Part shown: in pieces, positions 19,783 through 28,814 of the stretch
How positions within the stretch are numbered: position 1 is the first letter of the stretch
How the letters are laid out: each line of letters opens with the position of its first letter
NCBI GenBank assembly: GCA_041749335.1
Contig: JBGTBM010000009.1
Span: 64,179-128,178, forward strand
Source of the DNA: Patescibacteria group bacterium
Lineage (GTDB): Bacteria; Patescibacteriota; JABMPQ01
Direction: 5' to 3'
Length of the DNA: 64,000 bases
Translations under genes and position numbers: made by a program
The notes under the pieces: model-generated
Databases searched by the model: none
Told to the model about the DNA's origin: nothing
Seen by the model: the letters and a program-made list of their open reading frames with translations, nothing else

Positions 19783-20637
19783 TTATTCATGTTCTCCTAC
19801 AATTTTTCCTTGTAATGTTCTCAACTGATTTAAAGCTTCTTTTGCCTCATTCGGCTGTGGCGACTTTCCATGCCAGGAGTATTCAAATTCCATAAAATCA
19901 ACGCCCTTGCCGGGAATAGTATGCGCAATTATCAAAACCGGCTTTTCATATATCGCGCGAGCTTCATTGCATGCATCAATAATGGCTTCGATATTGTTTC
20001 CGTCAATATCTATCACGTGCCATTTAAAGGCTTCGTATTTTTCTCTCAATGGCTCTAAGGGCATTACATCTTCGGTATATCCATCAATCTGAATATTGTT
20101 TCGGTCCATAATGAAGGTTAGATTATCCATTTTATTTTTTCCGGCAAACATTACCGCTTCCCATAATTGACCTTCATTCTGCTCACCGTCAGAAGTTATT
20201 GCATAAACCTGATATTTTTTATTATCCATTTTAGCGGCATAAGCCATTCCTACTGCTTGACTCACTCCTTGCCCCAAAGGTCCCGATGAATTTTCCAGAC
20301 CCGGCAAAGCTAAATTATGAGGATGGCCTTCCAACCTTGTTCCTAGTTTTCTTAAGGTCTTTAATTCGCTTAATGGGAAATATCCGGCGCGCGCCATGGA
20401 CGCATACTGCACAGGGCAGATATGTCCGCAAGATAACACCAATCTGTCGCGATCAGCCCATTTTGGATTTTTGGGATTGTGCTTTAAAACATCAAAATAA
20501 AGCGCTGTAAATATGTCCGCCATCCCTAAGGGTCCGGCTGAATGGCCAGAGCCTGCTTCAACCAGCATTTTAATTATATCCTGCCTAATTGTATATGCCA
20601 ATTTTTCTAATTCCTTAAGCGTATAATGTTTTTTCAT
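19783..20637 (-). CDS. Transketolase, N-terminal (TPP-binding) subunit
   Basis: 284 aa with the ThDP-binding motifs (GHSAGPLGMADIF, ITSDGEQNEG). Confidence 0.85.
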   Translation of the reverse strand: MKKHYTLKELEKLAYTIRQDIIKMLVEAGSGHSAGPLGMADIFTALYFDVLKHNPKNPKWADRDRLVLSCGHICPVQYASMARAGYFPLSELKTLRKLGTRLEGHPHNLALPGLENSSGPLGQGVSQAVGMAYAAKMDNKKYQVYAITSDGEQNEGQLWEAVMFAGKNKMDNLTFIMDRNNIQIDGYTEDVMPLEPLREKYEAFKWHVIDIDGNNIEAIIDACNEARAIYEKPVLIIAHTIPGKGVDFMEFEYSWHGKSPQPNEAKEALNQLRTLQGKIVGEHE

Positions 20638-20647
20638 TGTTTAATTT

Positions 20648-21292
20648 TTATTTAATTAAATTTAATAAAATATTATAAACTTCACTTGAATTTTCAGCTT
20701 GAGATAGTTCAGATCCCACACTCAAATAATCTACGGGATATTTTTTAATTTTAAGAATTGTTTTTTGATTAATGCCACCGTCAAAGCCAATAGTTCCCAT
20801 AAATCCCATTTTTTTTAATTTTAATGATTTTTTTAGCATTTTTTCCAAAAATGGATTATTTTGTTTTCCCGGCTCAACTGCATATATCTGGATATGATCA
20901 ATAATATTTAAATATTCATCCAATTCCTCGACTTTATTTTCCGGATTCAAGGCTATCCCAACCTTCTTGCCACCCTCTTTTATTATCTCAATTAATTCAT
21001 TAAAATTTTCCTTTTGTATAACATTTAAAATTATTGTATTTACTCTTTTATCTTTTATTAGAATTTTTATCACTTCAGAGGGATAATCCATCATTAAATC
21101 AAAGTTCATGCTAATATTATCGGGGATCGATAGCGCTTCTTGCACTAAAATTGTTTTATTTTTTGTTCTCTCCCAATCTATTATATCAACATCTACTTGA
21201 TCGGCATATTCTGAAGCCTTATTTATTTGTATTAAAAAATCCTTTAAGTTATCAACCAAAATTGCCGGATGAATTTTAATTATTTCGTTCAA
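20648..21292 (-). CDS. Ribulose-phosphate 3-epimerase-like TIM-barrel protein
   Basis: 214 aa. The pattern resembles Rpe (IYAVEPGKQNN, GFDGGIN) with divergent sequence. Lies adjacent to rpiB and transketolase. Confidence 0.55.
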   Translation of the reverse strand: MNEIIKIHPAILVDNLKDFLIQINKASEYADQVDVDIIDWERTKNKTILVQEALSIPDNISMNFDLMMDYPSEVIKILIKDKRVNTIILNVIQKENFNELIEIIKEGGKKVGIALNPENKVEELDEYLNIIDHIQIYAVEPGKQNNPFLEKMLKKSLKLKKMGFMGTIGFDGGINQKTILKIKKYPVDYLSVGSELSQAENSSEVYNILLNLIK

Positions 21293-21725
21293 TTTCTTTT
21301 ATTTTATTTTCTCTGCGAACATGCCTTTCTTTACCTGAAAATTTAGAATTAAGCCATGATTCAACAATCTCTATTGTTTGTTTTTCTGTTATATAATCAG
21401 CCGATAAACATAATATATTTACATCTTCATCGGCAGTAGAAGATCGGATTTGATCTTTATTAATGCCTACTGCGGCCCTTACGCCATCATATTTATTAGC
21501 GGTTATGCATACTCCCTGCCCTGATCCGCACAACAAGATCCCGCGTGCGTTTTCCTGTGAAACCTTTTCCGCTACTTTTTTTGCATAATCCGGATAATCA
21601 TCATCTTCATCATATTTAACATTACCTATATCAATTATCTCATATCCTCGAGCATTTATATACGCCTTTATTTTTTCTTTCAGTTTGAATCCACGATGAT
21701 CCGCCCCAATATAAATTTTTGGCAT
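21276..21725 (-). CDS. rpiB: Ribose-5-phosphate isomerase B
   Basis: 149 aa, MPKIYIGADHRGFKLKEKI...LLCGSGQGVCITANK. Typical RpiB/LacAB fold signature. Confidence 0.85.
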   Translation of the reverse strand: MPKIYIGADHRGFKLKEKIKAYINARGYEIIDIGNVKYDEDDDYPDYAKKVAEKVSQENARGILLCGSGQGVCITANKYDGVRAAVGINKDQIRSSTADEDVNILCLSADYITEKQTIEIVESWLNSKFSGKERHVRRENKIKEIERNN

Positions 21726-21734
21726 TTTAGATTA

Positions 21735-21971
21735 TTATTTAATATTTAATAACTCTGCAATTTTTTCTTTGTCAAAACCGATAACAATCTCACCCTCAAT
21801 ATCAATTACCGGCACTCCCATTTGCCCTGATATCTCAATCATTTTATCTCTGGCTTTTTCATCAACCGAAACATCATAATTCTCATATTGATAGTTATTT
21901 TCGCCTAACCACTCCTTTAGTGCCTGGCAATAAGGGCAAGTCGGTGTTGTATAAACTTTTACTTTTTTCAT
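21735..21971 (-). CDS. Glutaredoxin-like protein (CPYC active site)
   Basis: 78 aa. TCPYCQALKEW and the GVPVI motif of the glutaredoxin/NrdH fold. Confidence 0.75.
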   Translation of the reverse strand: MKKVKVYTTPTCPYCQALKEWLGENNYQYENYDVSVDEKARDKMIEISGQMGVPVIDIEGEIVIGFDKEKIAELLNIK

Positions 21972-21993
21972 TTTTTTAAAATAAATTAATTAT

Positions 21994-22248
21994 TTATTCT
22001 CCGCTTATTTCTTTTATTTCAATAAAGTCGCCTTTTATTTTTTTTATATCCAACTTGGCATCTTCGGCAATTGTGCCCTTGCTTAAATTTTCAAAATTAT
22101 ATCTTAGGTATCTGGGATTAATTTCTTCGCCATGTTCAATAACAGTCCCCAAATAGATCAAAATTCTTATAATTTTTATCAATTTCTTTTGTTTTCCGAA
22201 CTCAATCGTTTGATTTAAAATTTTATCAGCCGCATGTAATTCGTGCAT
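21994..22248 (-). CDS. HypA-like hydrogenase nickel-insertion N-terminal domain protein lacking the zinc-finger module
   Basis: 84 aa. Begins with the MHE nickel-binding motif (MHELHAADKIL...) and aligns to the HypA N-domain. It has no Cys and therefore no CxxC...CxxC zinc finger. Lies immediately downstream of the hydrogenase large subunit. Confidence 0.45.
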   Translation of the reverse strand: MHELHAADKILNQTIEFGKQKKLIKIIRILIYLGTVIEHGEEINPRYLRYNFENLSKGTIAEDAKLDIKKIKGDFIEIKEISGE

Positions 22249-22258
22249 ATATTATATT

Positions 22259-23521
22259 TTAATGGACACTACATGTCATACAAGGATCATAGGCTCTGAT
22301 TAGCATCCTAATTTTACGCGTTTTTTCTGCTTGACTAGCTTGATGTATATTGGGATAAAATAATTTAATATCTTGTTCAATATTAGAGATAAATTGCGCT
22401 GTCGGAGTTATAATGTTTGAGTGTTTAACCACTCCCTTATCATCTAATTCGTAATAATGATAAAGAGCTCCCCGGGGCGCCTCAATCATTGCTCCCCCTT
22501 TTCCCGCCCTCACCTTATATTTTTTTAAGGCTGTAGAATATTTTTTATTTAAAATTTTTCTTAAATATCTGCCCGAATCCTCGATACAATGGACTATCTC
22601 CACCACCTGTGCAAAAACGTTATAAAAGGAATTATAATTGGGAAACTTTATTTTAGAGTCTCTAATTAATTTCTTAGCCAGCGGACTTAATTTATTTTTA
22701 TTATTATTAACTCGCGCTAATGCTCCTAAAAATATTTCCCGATCTTCGTGAGTAACTCTTTTTATCAATTCAAATGGCCGATGAATTTCTCTAATATGTT
22801 TTTCATAATTATTAGGAACTACTCTTAAGCCCTTATTGCTAACAACTTCACCATCATAAATCGCGTATTCTTTATTATTTCGCAAAGATATATATTCAGA
22901 TTCCCTTTCAAATTGCGGATAATTTAATTTAGAGAAAAGCAAGCCTAAATCATTAACAATCTTTAATACTTCTTTTTGTTCAATTAACAATTTCTCTAAC
23001 TCAAATCTGTCAGGTAATTTCAAAAATCCCCCCACAACAGATGATAAAGGATGAATTGTCCGACCGCCAATTATTCTAATTAACTCGTTTCCATAATGTC
23101 TTACCCTTAATGCTTTCCGAGTATATTCCGGAAATTTCTTGATTAATTCAACATCATGCCTAATTTTGAAAAAATCGGCCAGACAAAGAAAATAAACATG
23201 GATACCATGGCTTTGAATCACCTGTCCAAACATCATAACCTTTCTTAAATCTTCAGTTTGTTCGGAGGGTTTAATATTCATAGCTTTTTCTAGCGCTTTA
23301 ATGGACGTTAAGTTATGTACTACCGGACAAAGACCACATACTCTGGCAGTAATAACCGGAATGTCCATATATGGCCTGCCTATTACCATTCTTTCGAACA
23401 ACCGAATTCCCATCTTTACTTCGTACTGAGCCTTATCCATTTGACCATCAATAATGTGCCCAACAAAACCGGCATGTCCTTCAATTTTATCGATATGATC
23501 AATTTTAAATTTTTTTATCAT
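22259..23521 (-). CDS. [NiFe]-hydrogenase large (alpha) subunit, group-3-like (sulfhydrogenase/bidirectional type)
   Basis: 420 aa. N-terminal RxCGxCxxxH motif (RVCGLCPVVH). C-terminal DPCxxCxxH (DPCMTCSVH). The ORF stops right after that His, so there is no C-terminal extension. Confidence 0.9.
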   Translation of the reverse strand: MIKKFKIDHIDKIEGHAGFVGHIIDGQMDKAQYEVKMGIRLFERMVIGRPYMDIPVITARVCGLCPVVHNLTSIKALEKAMNIKPSEQTEDLRKVMMFGQVIQSHGIHVYFLCLADFFKIRHDVELIKKFPEYTRKALRVRHYGNELIRIIGGRTIHPLSSVVGGFLKLPDRFELEKLLIEQKEVLKIVNDLGLLFSKLNYPQFERESEYISLRNNKEYAIYDGEVVSNKGLRVVPNNYEKHIREIHRPFELIKRVTHEDREIFLGALARVNNNKNKLSPLAKKLIRDSKIKFPNYNSFYNVFAQVVEIVHCIEDSGRYLRKILNKKYSTALKKYKVRAGKGGAMIEAPRGALYHYYELDDKGVVKHSNIITPTAQFISNIEQDIKLFYPNIHQASQAEKTRKIRMLIRAYDPCMTCSVH

Positions 23522-24267
23522 AATAATTTATCCTTTACTTTATCCTTTATTCCATAAATTTCCGTTAATTCTTCAATTCTTTTTGGGGTTGTAATTTTTC
23601 TTAATAATTTCTTAAAATCCGGATCAATTTCCTTGAGCGGTCCGCGGCATCCCTGACAAATCATGCCGGCATTGGGACAAACGGCTTCACACCCGCCCAA
23701 TATAATCGGCCCTAGACAAGGTTCACCCTTTTGTAACAAACATGGAATTTTTCTGATTTGGCATTCATAACAAACCGGCCTTTGCGGTATTTTAGGAATA
23801 TTCCCCTGAAGAAGTTCATAAACAAATTTGATAAACTCTTCGCCATTGATGGGACAGCCCGGAACAACAAAATCAACTTTTATTAACTCGTCTAGAGCCT
23901 GAACTTTAGGATTAAATATTCTCTTAGGATCTTTATAAATATGCTTGAGATCGCAAGTTTTTTTATCGTAATCTTTCATTCTATTTACACCGCCTTCTGC
24001 GGCGCAATTACCTAAAGCCACTACATATTTCGATCTGGCTCGCAGTGATTTTAAACACACAAAATTTTCTTTTGTTATCGGTGGCCCTTCAATAAAAGCA
24101 ATATCGTAGCTTCCTGTGTCTTCAATATCTTCGATTAAATGAAATTCTGCTATATCTAATCTCTTGGTTAATTCTAAAAATTTCACCCCTTGATCTAATA
24201 TAGCAAACATACAGCCTTCACAGTCAGTTAAAGAAACTATTGCGATTTTTGGTTTTTTGTCAGCCAT
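23518..24267 (-). CDS. [NiFe]-hydrogenase small (delta) subunit
   Basis: 249 aa, MADKKPKIAIVSLTDCEGCMFAI...LGNCAAEGG...VPGCP. Shows the cysteine ligand pattern for proximal Fe-S clusters typical of group-3 small subunits. Confidence 0.85.
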   Translation of the reverse strand: MADKKPKIAIVSLTDCEGCMFAILDQGVKFLELTKRLDIAEFHLIEDIEDTGSYDIAFIEGPPITKENFVCLKSLRARSKYVVALGNCAAEGGVNRMKDYDKKTCDLKHIYKDPKRIFNPKVQALDELIKVDFVVPGCPINGEEFIKFVYELLQGNIPKIPQRPVCYECQIRKIPCLLQKGEPCLGPIILGGCEAVCPNAGMICQGCRGPLKEIDPDFKKLLRKITTPKRIEELTEIYGIKDKVKDKLL

Positions 24268-25018
24268 TTATTTGCTTATTTGCTAAATTTATACTGAGCT
24301 GGGTATAATATTTTAAATTTTGTAATTGAATATTGCTTATCCTGTCGCAAACAAAATCCCAATGCAGCGATACCCAATCTCCCTTTTTGATATTTTTAAT
24401 AAATCCCTTATCGCCAAGCTGCCAAATATATTCTTTTTCAATCGCCTCTCCCCATCCTATTTTATTGTTTTTGATCTCTAATAATTTTGTTAAAACTTTT
24501 AACTTAAAATTTTTTACTATTAATACTTTCCCCCATCCTATTCGGCATTTATCCATTGTTTCAATCGTATGATCTACGGGATAGTAGCCGGTACGCTTAG
24601 GTATGTTTATAACATGAAAACTATGGTGCGGGAATGCGCCGCTGGGTAGAATATTAATAACTTTATCAAAAATACCCGGCTTCAATTTTTTCTTTAGTTG
24701 CTGAACATCAACAATATGGCTAAATAAATCCTTCGCTTGAATATTTTTCAGCAGACCATTGCCGATCCAATATGCCTCAACCACTCTTTTATCAAACGGA
24801 TTAATGATCTTATTCTTATAAGCAATCAGTTTTAAATACGGATATAATGTTTCAAATTCCTCCAATAATCCGTTTAGCCCGGGGTCTTGATAAAAGTTTG
24901 AAGTATATTGATAAAGCAAGGAATTTTTATCCCCCCCGCAATACCTTAATTTATTGGGCATAAAGGCGTAGCGCGCGCACAATAAGCTCCCATCTTTATT
25001 ATTATATCGCTCTACCAT
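24260..25018 (-). CDS. Hypothetical protein embedded within the hydrogenase structural operon
   Basis: Uninterrupted ORF. Start set at the internal Met (MVERYNNKDG), which abuts the upstream transporter gene. The ORF-track start at 25075 is the alternative. No recognisable motif. Confidence 0.45.
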   Translation of the reverse strand: MVERYNNKDGSLLCARYAFMPNKLRYCGGDKNSLLYQYTSNFYQDPGLNGLLEEFETLYPYLKLIAYKNKIINPFDKRVVEAYWIGNGLLKNIQAKDLFSHIVDVQQLKKKLKPGIFDKVINILPSGAFPHHSFHVINIPKRTGYYPVDHTIETMDKCRIGWGKVLIVKNFKLKVLTKLLEIKNNKIGWGEAIEKEYIWQLGDKGFIKNIKKGDWVSLHWDFVCDRISNIQLQNLKYYTQLSINLANKQING

Positions 25019-25928
25019 TGGGTTCGCTTGATATATTTTCAAATTTTTTCCCGAATAATATAAACAGAGTAACACCCGCGATACTTATCAATACTCCCAA
25101 TAATTTTAAAATTTCAAGCATACTACCGCTATATATTGAGTCCAATATCGTTGTAATGGGCGATGCCAATACCAATACGCATGCCACCGTTGAAGCCTTT
25201 TCATGCTTTAAGGCATGATACCAAGTAACCACATAAATTGTTAAAAAACCTGCACTTAAAAATATCCAACTCCATTGTAGAGCTTGCAAAGAAAATATCC
25301 CTGAAATTCCGGATGTTAGCAAAACAAATGCTAAAAGTATTATCGCTCCAAAAAACATTCTGGCCCAAGCTACAACCATGGCATCAATGTTTTTTAACAC
25401 TTTTTTTGCGATTATATTTTCTATCGACCACATTATGGTTGCTAACAAAATTATTAATTCCGCATAACCAAATTTTATTGATGGCAGTCCTCCCAATAAA
25501 ATATTCCCAATCAATAAGATTCCCAGAGCAATATATTGCAATTTAGTAATTTTTTCCTTAAGAAATATTATGGCGAATATAGCTACCCATATAAATAATG
25601 TTTTATGCATAAATCCCGCGCTAACGGCCGAAGTCATGCTCAAGCCCTTAAAAAACAACAAAAAGGGAACGCTGCCTCCTATCACACCTATTGCGATAAG
25701 CTTTAACCAATTATTTTTAGATATGTCTTTGAGTTTTTTAATCACTGGTGGAGTTAAAATTACCAGAGTTAAAATAAAACCCACTAAAACATTTTTTAGC
25801 GCGGTAAATTGGTAAGGATTAATATTTTTTGTTACTGCAAATTTATTAAAAAAAACAGCAAATCCGCTAATCAAAGCCGTCATTATAGCTAATTTTATTC
25901 CAGTCTTTTTTATAATATTTTTAATCAT
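25002..25928 (-). CDS. DMT-superfamily (EamA-like) transporter
   Basis: 308 aa with about 10 predicted TM helices arranged as two EamA-like repeats. Confidence 0.7.
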   Translation of the reverse strand: MIKNIIKKTGIKLAIMTALISGFAVFFNKFAVTKNINPYQFTALKNVLVGFILTLVILTPPVIKKLKDISKNNWLKLIAIGVIGGSVPFLLFFKGLSMTSAVSAGFMHKTLFIWVAIFAIIFLKEKITKLQYIALGILLIGNILLGGLPSIKFGYAELIILLATIMWSIENIIAKKVLKNIDAMVVAWARMFFGAIILLAFVLLTSGISGIFSLQALQWSWIFLSAGFLTIYVVTWYHALKHEKASTVACVLVLASPITTILDSIYSGSMLEILKLLGVLISIAGVTLFILFGKKFENISSEPNGRAI

Positions 25929-26133
25929 TTTTCTTAAAATATTTAGTAATTATTTTTGCTTCTTCAAATGTAATCTTTGATATCGCCATATCGGCATTAA
26001 TCAGAACCCAATCGTTTTCCTTGATACTATTTAGTAAAACTGACTTAACTTTACGCATTCTATCGCCTTGCATTATCTGTATATAATTTTTATCAATCAC
26101 CTTAATTACTTTTGCAGGTAAAGAAAAGCACAT
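25921..26133 (-). CDS. hypC: Hydrogenase maturation chaperone HypC/HupF family
   Basis: 70 aa. Starts MCFSLPAKVIKV, matching the MC(L/F)xxP N-terminal HypC signature. Typical size. Confidence 0.7.
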   Translation of the reverse strand: MCFSLPAKVIKVIDKNYIQIMQGDRMRKVKSVLLNSIKENDWVLINADMAISKITFEEAKIITKYFKKND

Positions 26134-26134
26134 A

Positions 26135-26971
26135 CTATACAGCTCCTTTGATATCTTTTAATTCAGACCAGCGAAATATAGGGCCGTCTTTGCACACAAA
26201 TTTAGATCCAACTGCGCAATGTTCACAGACTCCAACACCGCATTCCATTTTTCGCTCTAAGGAAAGATAGATATCTTTATCTTTAAAATTTATCTTTTTA
26301 AGTTCATTTATCACAAATTGGCACATAACCGGCGGACCGCAAATTATTGCGATTGAGTCAGGATTGACATGAACTTTTTGGATTAATTTGGTAATAAGTC
26401 CAATATCGCAGACCATGCCTCCTAAAATTTTTTTTCTTTGCCCCTGGTCTAACGTTATATAAAAATCAAATATTTTTTTCCAACGCGCATATTCAGACTT
26501 AAATAAAAGATCGCTCTCATACTTTGCGCCATAAAATATCTGAAGATGTTTTGAATAATTTATTTTATCATCTCCAATTGTCATTAAAAGAGATCGAAAA
26601 GGAATAAAACCAATACCACCGGCAATAATCAAGGAATTTCTTGATTTAATTTTGTCCATCGGAAAGCCGTTTCCGTAAGGCCCTCTGATTCCAAAAACAT
26701 CCCCAATTTTAAGATTATGAATAGCGCCAGTTAGTCTGCCAGCCTTCCTGATTGTTACCTGAAAATTATTAGTACTCAAAGCTGAAGAGCAGATAGCAAA
26801 AGGAGCTTCGTTATAACCAGGCAACGATAATTCGATTATCTGGCCAGGAATAAATTTAAAATATTTTTGGTCATTGATTGACTTAAATTCAACCATAAAT
26901 CTTTTAACTGCCTCTGTTTCTCGCCAGATTTTTTTTATTTCAACTTGTTTAGTCAGGTAAGGATTAAACAT
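26135..26971 (-). CDS. Hydrogenase gamma subunit (FAD/NAD(P)-binding oxidoreductase with C-terminal [2Fe-2S])
   Basis: 278 aa. PyrK/FNR-like fold (RxYS-like KAGRLTG, GGIGFIPF). C-terminal Cys cluster ECGVGVCEHCAVGSKFVCKDGP. Confidence 0.8.
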   Translation of the reverse strand: MFNPYLTKQVEIKKIWRETEAVKRFMVEFKSINDQKYFKFIPGQIIELSLPGYNEAPFAICSSALSTNNFQVTIRKAGRLTGAIHNLKIGDVFGIRGPYGNGFPMDKIKSRNSLIIAGGIGFIPFRSLLMTIGDDKINYSKHLQIFYGAKYESDLLFKSEYARWKKIFDFYITLDQGQRKKILGGMVCDIGLITKLIQKVHVNPDSIAIICGPPVMCQFVINELKKINFKDKDIYLSLERKMECGVGVCEHCAVGSKFVCKDGPIFRWSELKDIKGAV

Positions 26972-26974
26972 TTA

Positions 26975-27949
26975 TTAAGATTTTAAGATTTTATCGAGTG
27001 TTTCATTTATATCAATGCCGACAGGACAAACTCTGGTGCATCTCCCACAACCCACACAACCGGGAATACTAAGCCGATCTGGAATACGTACAAATTTGTG
27101 ATAATACCAAAAATATATTCTTTCGGCTGTACTGTTAAGAAATTTATGTCCCCCGGCTACCTCTGAAAACTCCGGGTAAAAACATGAATCCCAGCATCTA
27201 ATTCTTGAGCCACTATTTTTTCCTAATGAAGCTTCATCTTCTATACGAAAGCAATAACATGTCGGGCAAGCAATCGTGCATTTCCCACACTCAATACATC
27301 TTTTGCCTAAGTCATCCCAAATTTTTTGATTATGATGATTTTTCATTTTATCTCTTATTTTTACCATCCTGTTATCCAAACCGCGCTCTTGAATTGGTCC
27401 GGCAAATTGAATATAGTCGTAATTTTTATATCCGAAATTATCCAGAACATTACTGCCCTTTTCAGAACCGGAAATTATTTGATAATCTTGGCTTTTTCTT
27501 TCAATAAAAATATCAAATTCAATATGCTCCAGAACATCTTCCTCTAAATTTTCTGAATACCTCTTATTATTCAAGGTTCCATTGGCCATATAACTTTGCC
27601 CAATTATCAAAATTTTTTTCTTACGCGCCTGATAGTAAGGATCTTTCTCATAGATATGATTTAACAAATTCAATGCTTCTAAATCAAAAATAGTCATGCC
27701 CAATGCCACAGTATTGGGGTATTTGTTTTTTTGTTCCGATAATCTATTCTTTTTATAGGTAAATAGCTTCTCGCAAGCTGGAATAAAAATATCCTTAAAG
27801 GAATGTTCGGCTACTCTGCCATTTAATAAAACCTCGCCCACATTGTCTATTTTCTTGATTTCCAAAAATTCATTCTGGACGGCGGGGCCGTAAACTTCAG
27901 TATTTACCAATAAATAACTAATAAATTTTTTATATTGATTTTTTTTCAC
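26975..27949 (-). CDS. Hydrogenase beta subunit (Fe-S protein with two 4Fe-4S ferredoxin motifs)
   Basis: 324 aa. CIECGKCTIACPTCYC and CVGCGRCTRVCPVG motifs. Lies upstream of the gamma/delta/alpha genes. Confidence 0.8.
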   Translation of the reverse strand: MKKNQYKKFISYLLVNTEVYGPAVQNEFLEIKKIDNVGEVLLNGRVAEHSFKDIFIPACEKLFTYKKNRLSEQKNKYPNTVALGMTIFDLEALNLLNHIYEKDPYYQARKKKILIIGQSYMANGTLNNKRYSENLEEDVLEHIEFDIFIERKSQDYQIISGSEKGSNVLDNFGYKNYDYIQFAGPIQERGLDNRMVKIRDKMKNHHNQKIWDDLGKRCIECGKCTIACPTCYCFRIEDEASLGKNSGSRIRCWDSCFYPEFSEVAGGHKFLNSTAERIYFWYYHKFVRIPDRLSIPGCVGCGRCTRVCPVGIDINETLDKILKS

Positions 27950-28011
27950 AAAATATACTATTTTGTTTATTTTATCATAAATAGCATATTAAAAAAACTA
28001 TTTGGTGTGTA

Positions 28012-28042
28012 TAAAAAAAGACTTTATAAAAGTCTTTTTTTA
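28012..28042 (-). terminator. Bidirectional-looking intrinsic terminator downstream of the dsbA-like gene
   Basis: AAGACTTTATAAAAGTCTT hairpin (28018-28036), flanked by an A-run on the left and a T-run on the right. Confidence 0.5.
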
Positions 28043-28056
28043 TTATAGCCTATGTT

Positions 28057-28776
28057 CTATTTTGCTAATTCCTCGTCAATTATTTTTTTAAATACTTCAT
28101 ACGGCTGAGCACCTACCACCTTTCGTCCATTTATAAATACAGCAGGAGTTCCGGTCACTCCGGCATCTACTCCATCAGCTATGTCTTTTTCTACTTCATC
28201 TTCATATTTTTTGTTATCCAGGCAATCGCTAAATTTGTTTTCGTTTAATTTTAATTCCTTGGCATATGCCTTTAAATTACTTGAAGTCAAAGCATCCTGA
28301 TTTTCAAATAATTTTTCATAATATTCCCAGAATTTTTCCTGCTCAAAAGCGCACTGCGATGCCAATGATGCTATTTTCGCATTTTCATGAAAATCTAAGG
28401 GATAATCTCTAAAGGTAAGGCTGACTTGGTCTTTATATTCTTCTTTAATTTTATCCATGGTAGCCACATTTCTAGAACAGAACGGACACTCATAATCACT
28501 AAATTCAATGATTTTGACTTTAGCATCTTTGGGGCCATAAGTTGGATCATCATCAATACCCACTTCGACTACCTCTGAACCCGGCTCCGCTGGCGCCAAA
28601 CTGTCTTCTTCGGGCAATGATTCTTCCAAGGCGCCTTTTAAGCTTTCATCAATATCTGTATCATTTATTTTACTGCTATAAACAACTGCCGCAGCTATCA
28701 AAACCCCAGCGATAATTATCGCCACCGGTACCCAAAAAGAATTAGATTTGTATGATTTTTCTCTGTTTTCCGACAT
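28057..28776 (-). CDS. DsbA-family thiol:disulfide oxidoreductase, N-terminally membrane anchored
   Basis: 239 aa. TM segment, then a thioredoxin fold with the active site ECPFC. Confidence 0.75.
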   Translation of the reverse strand: MSENREKSYKSNSFWVPVAIIIAGVLIAAAVVYSSKINDTDIDESLKGALEESLPEEDSLAPAEPGSEVVEVGIDDDPTYGPKDAKVKIIEFSDYECPFCSRNVATMDKIKEEYKDQVSLTFRDYPLDFHENAKIASLASQCAFEQEKFWEYYEKLFENQDALTSSNLKAYAKELKLNENKFSDCLDNKKYEDEVEKDIADGVDAGVTGTPAVFINGRKVVGAQPYEVFKKIIDEELAK

Positions 28777-28814
28777 AATTTAAAATTATTTGTTGAATTA
28801 ACTAATAATTGCAT

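Noticed and set aside
21276-21292. 17-nt overlap between rpe-like and rpiB genes, considered as evidence of a mis-called start
   Set aside because: There is no alternative in-frame Met near the rpe-like N-terminus. Short overlaps are common in this tightly packed operon.
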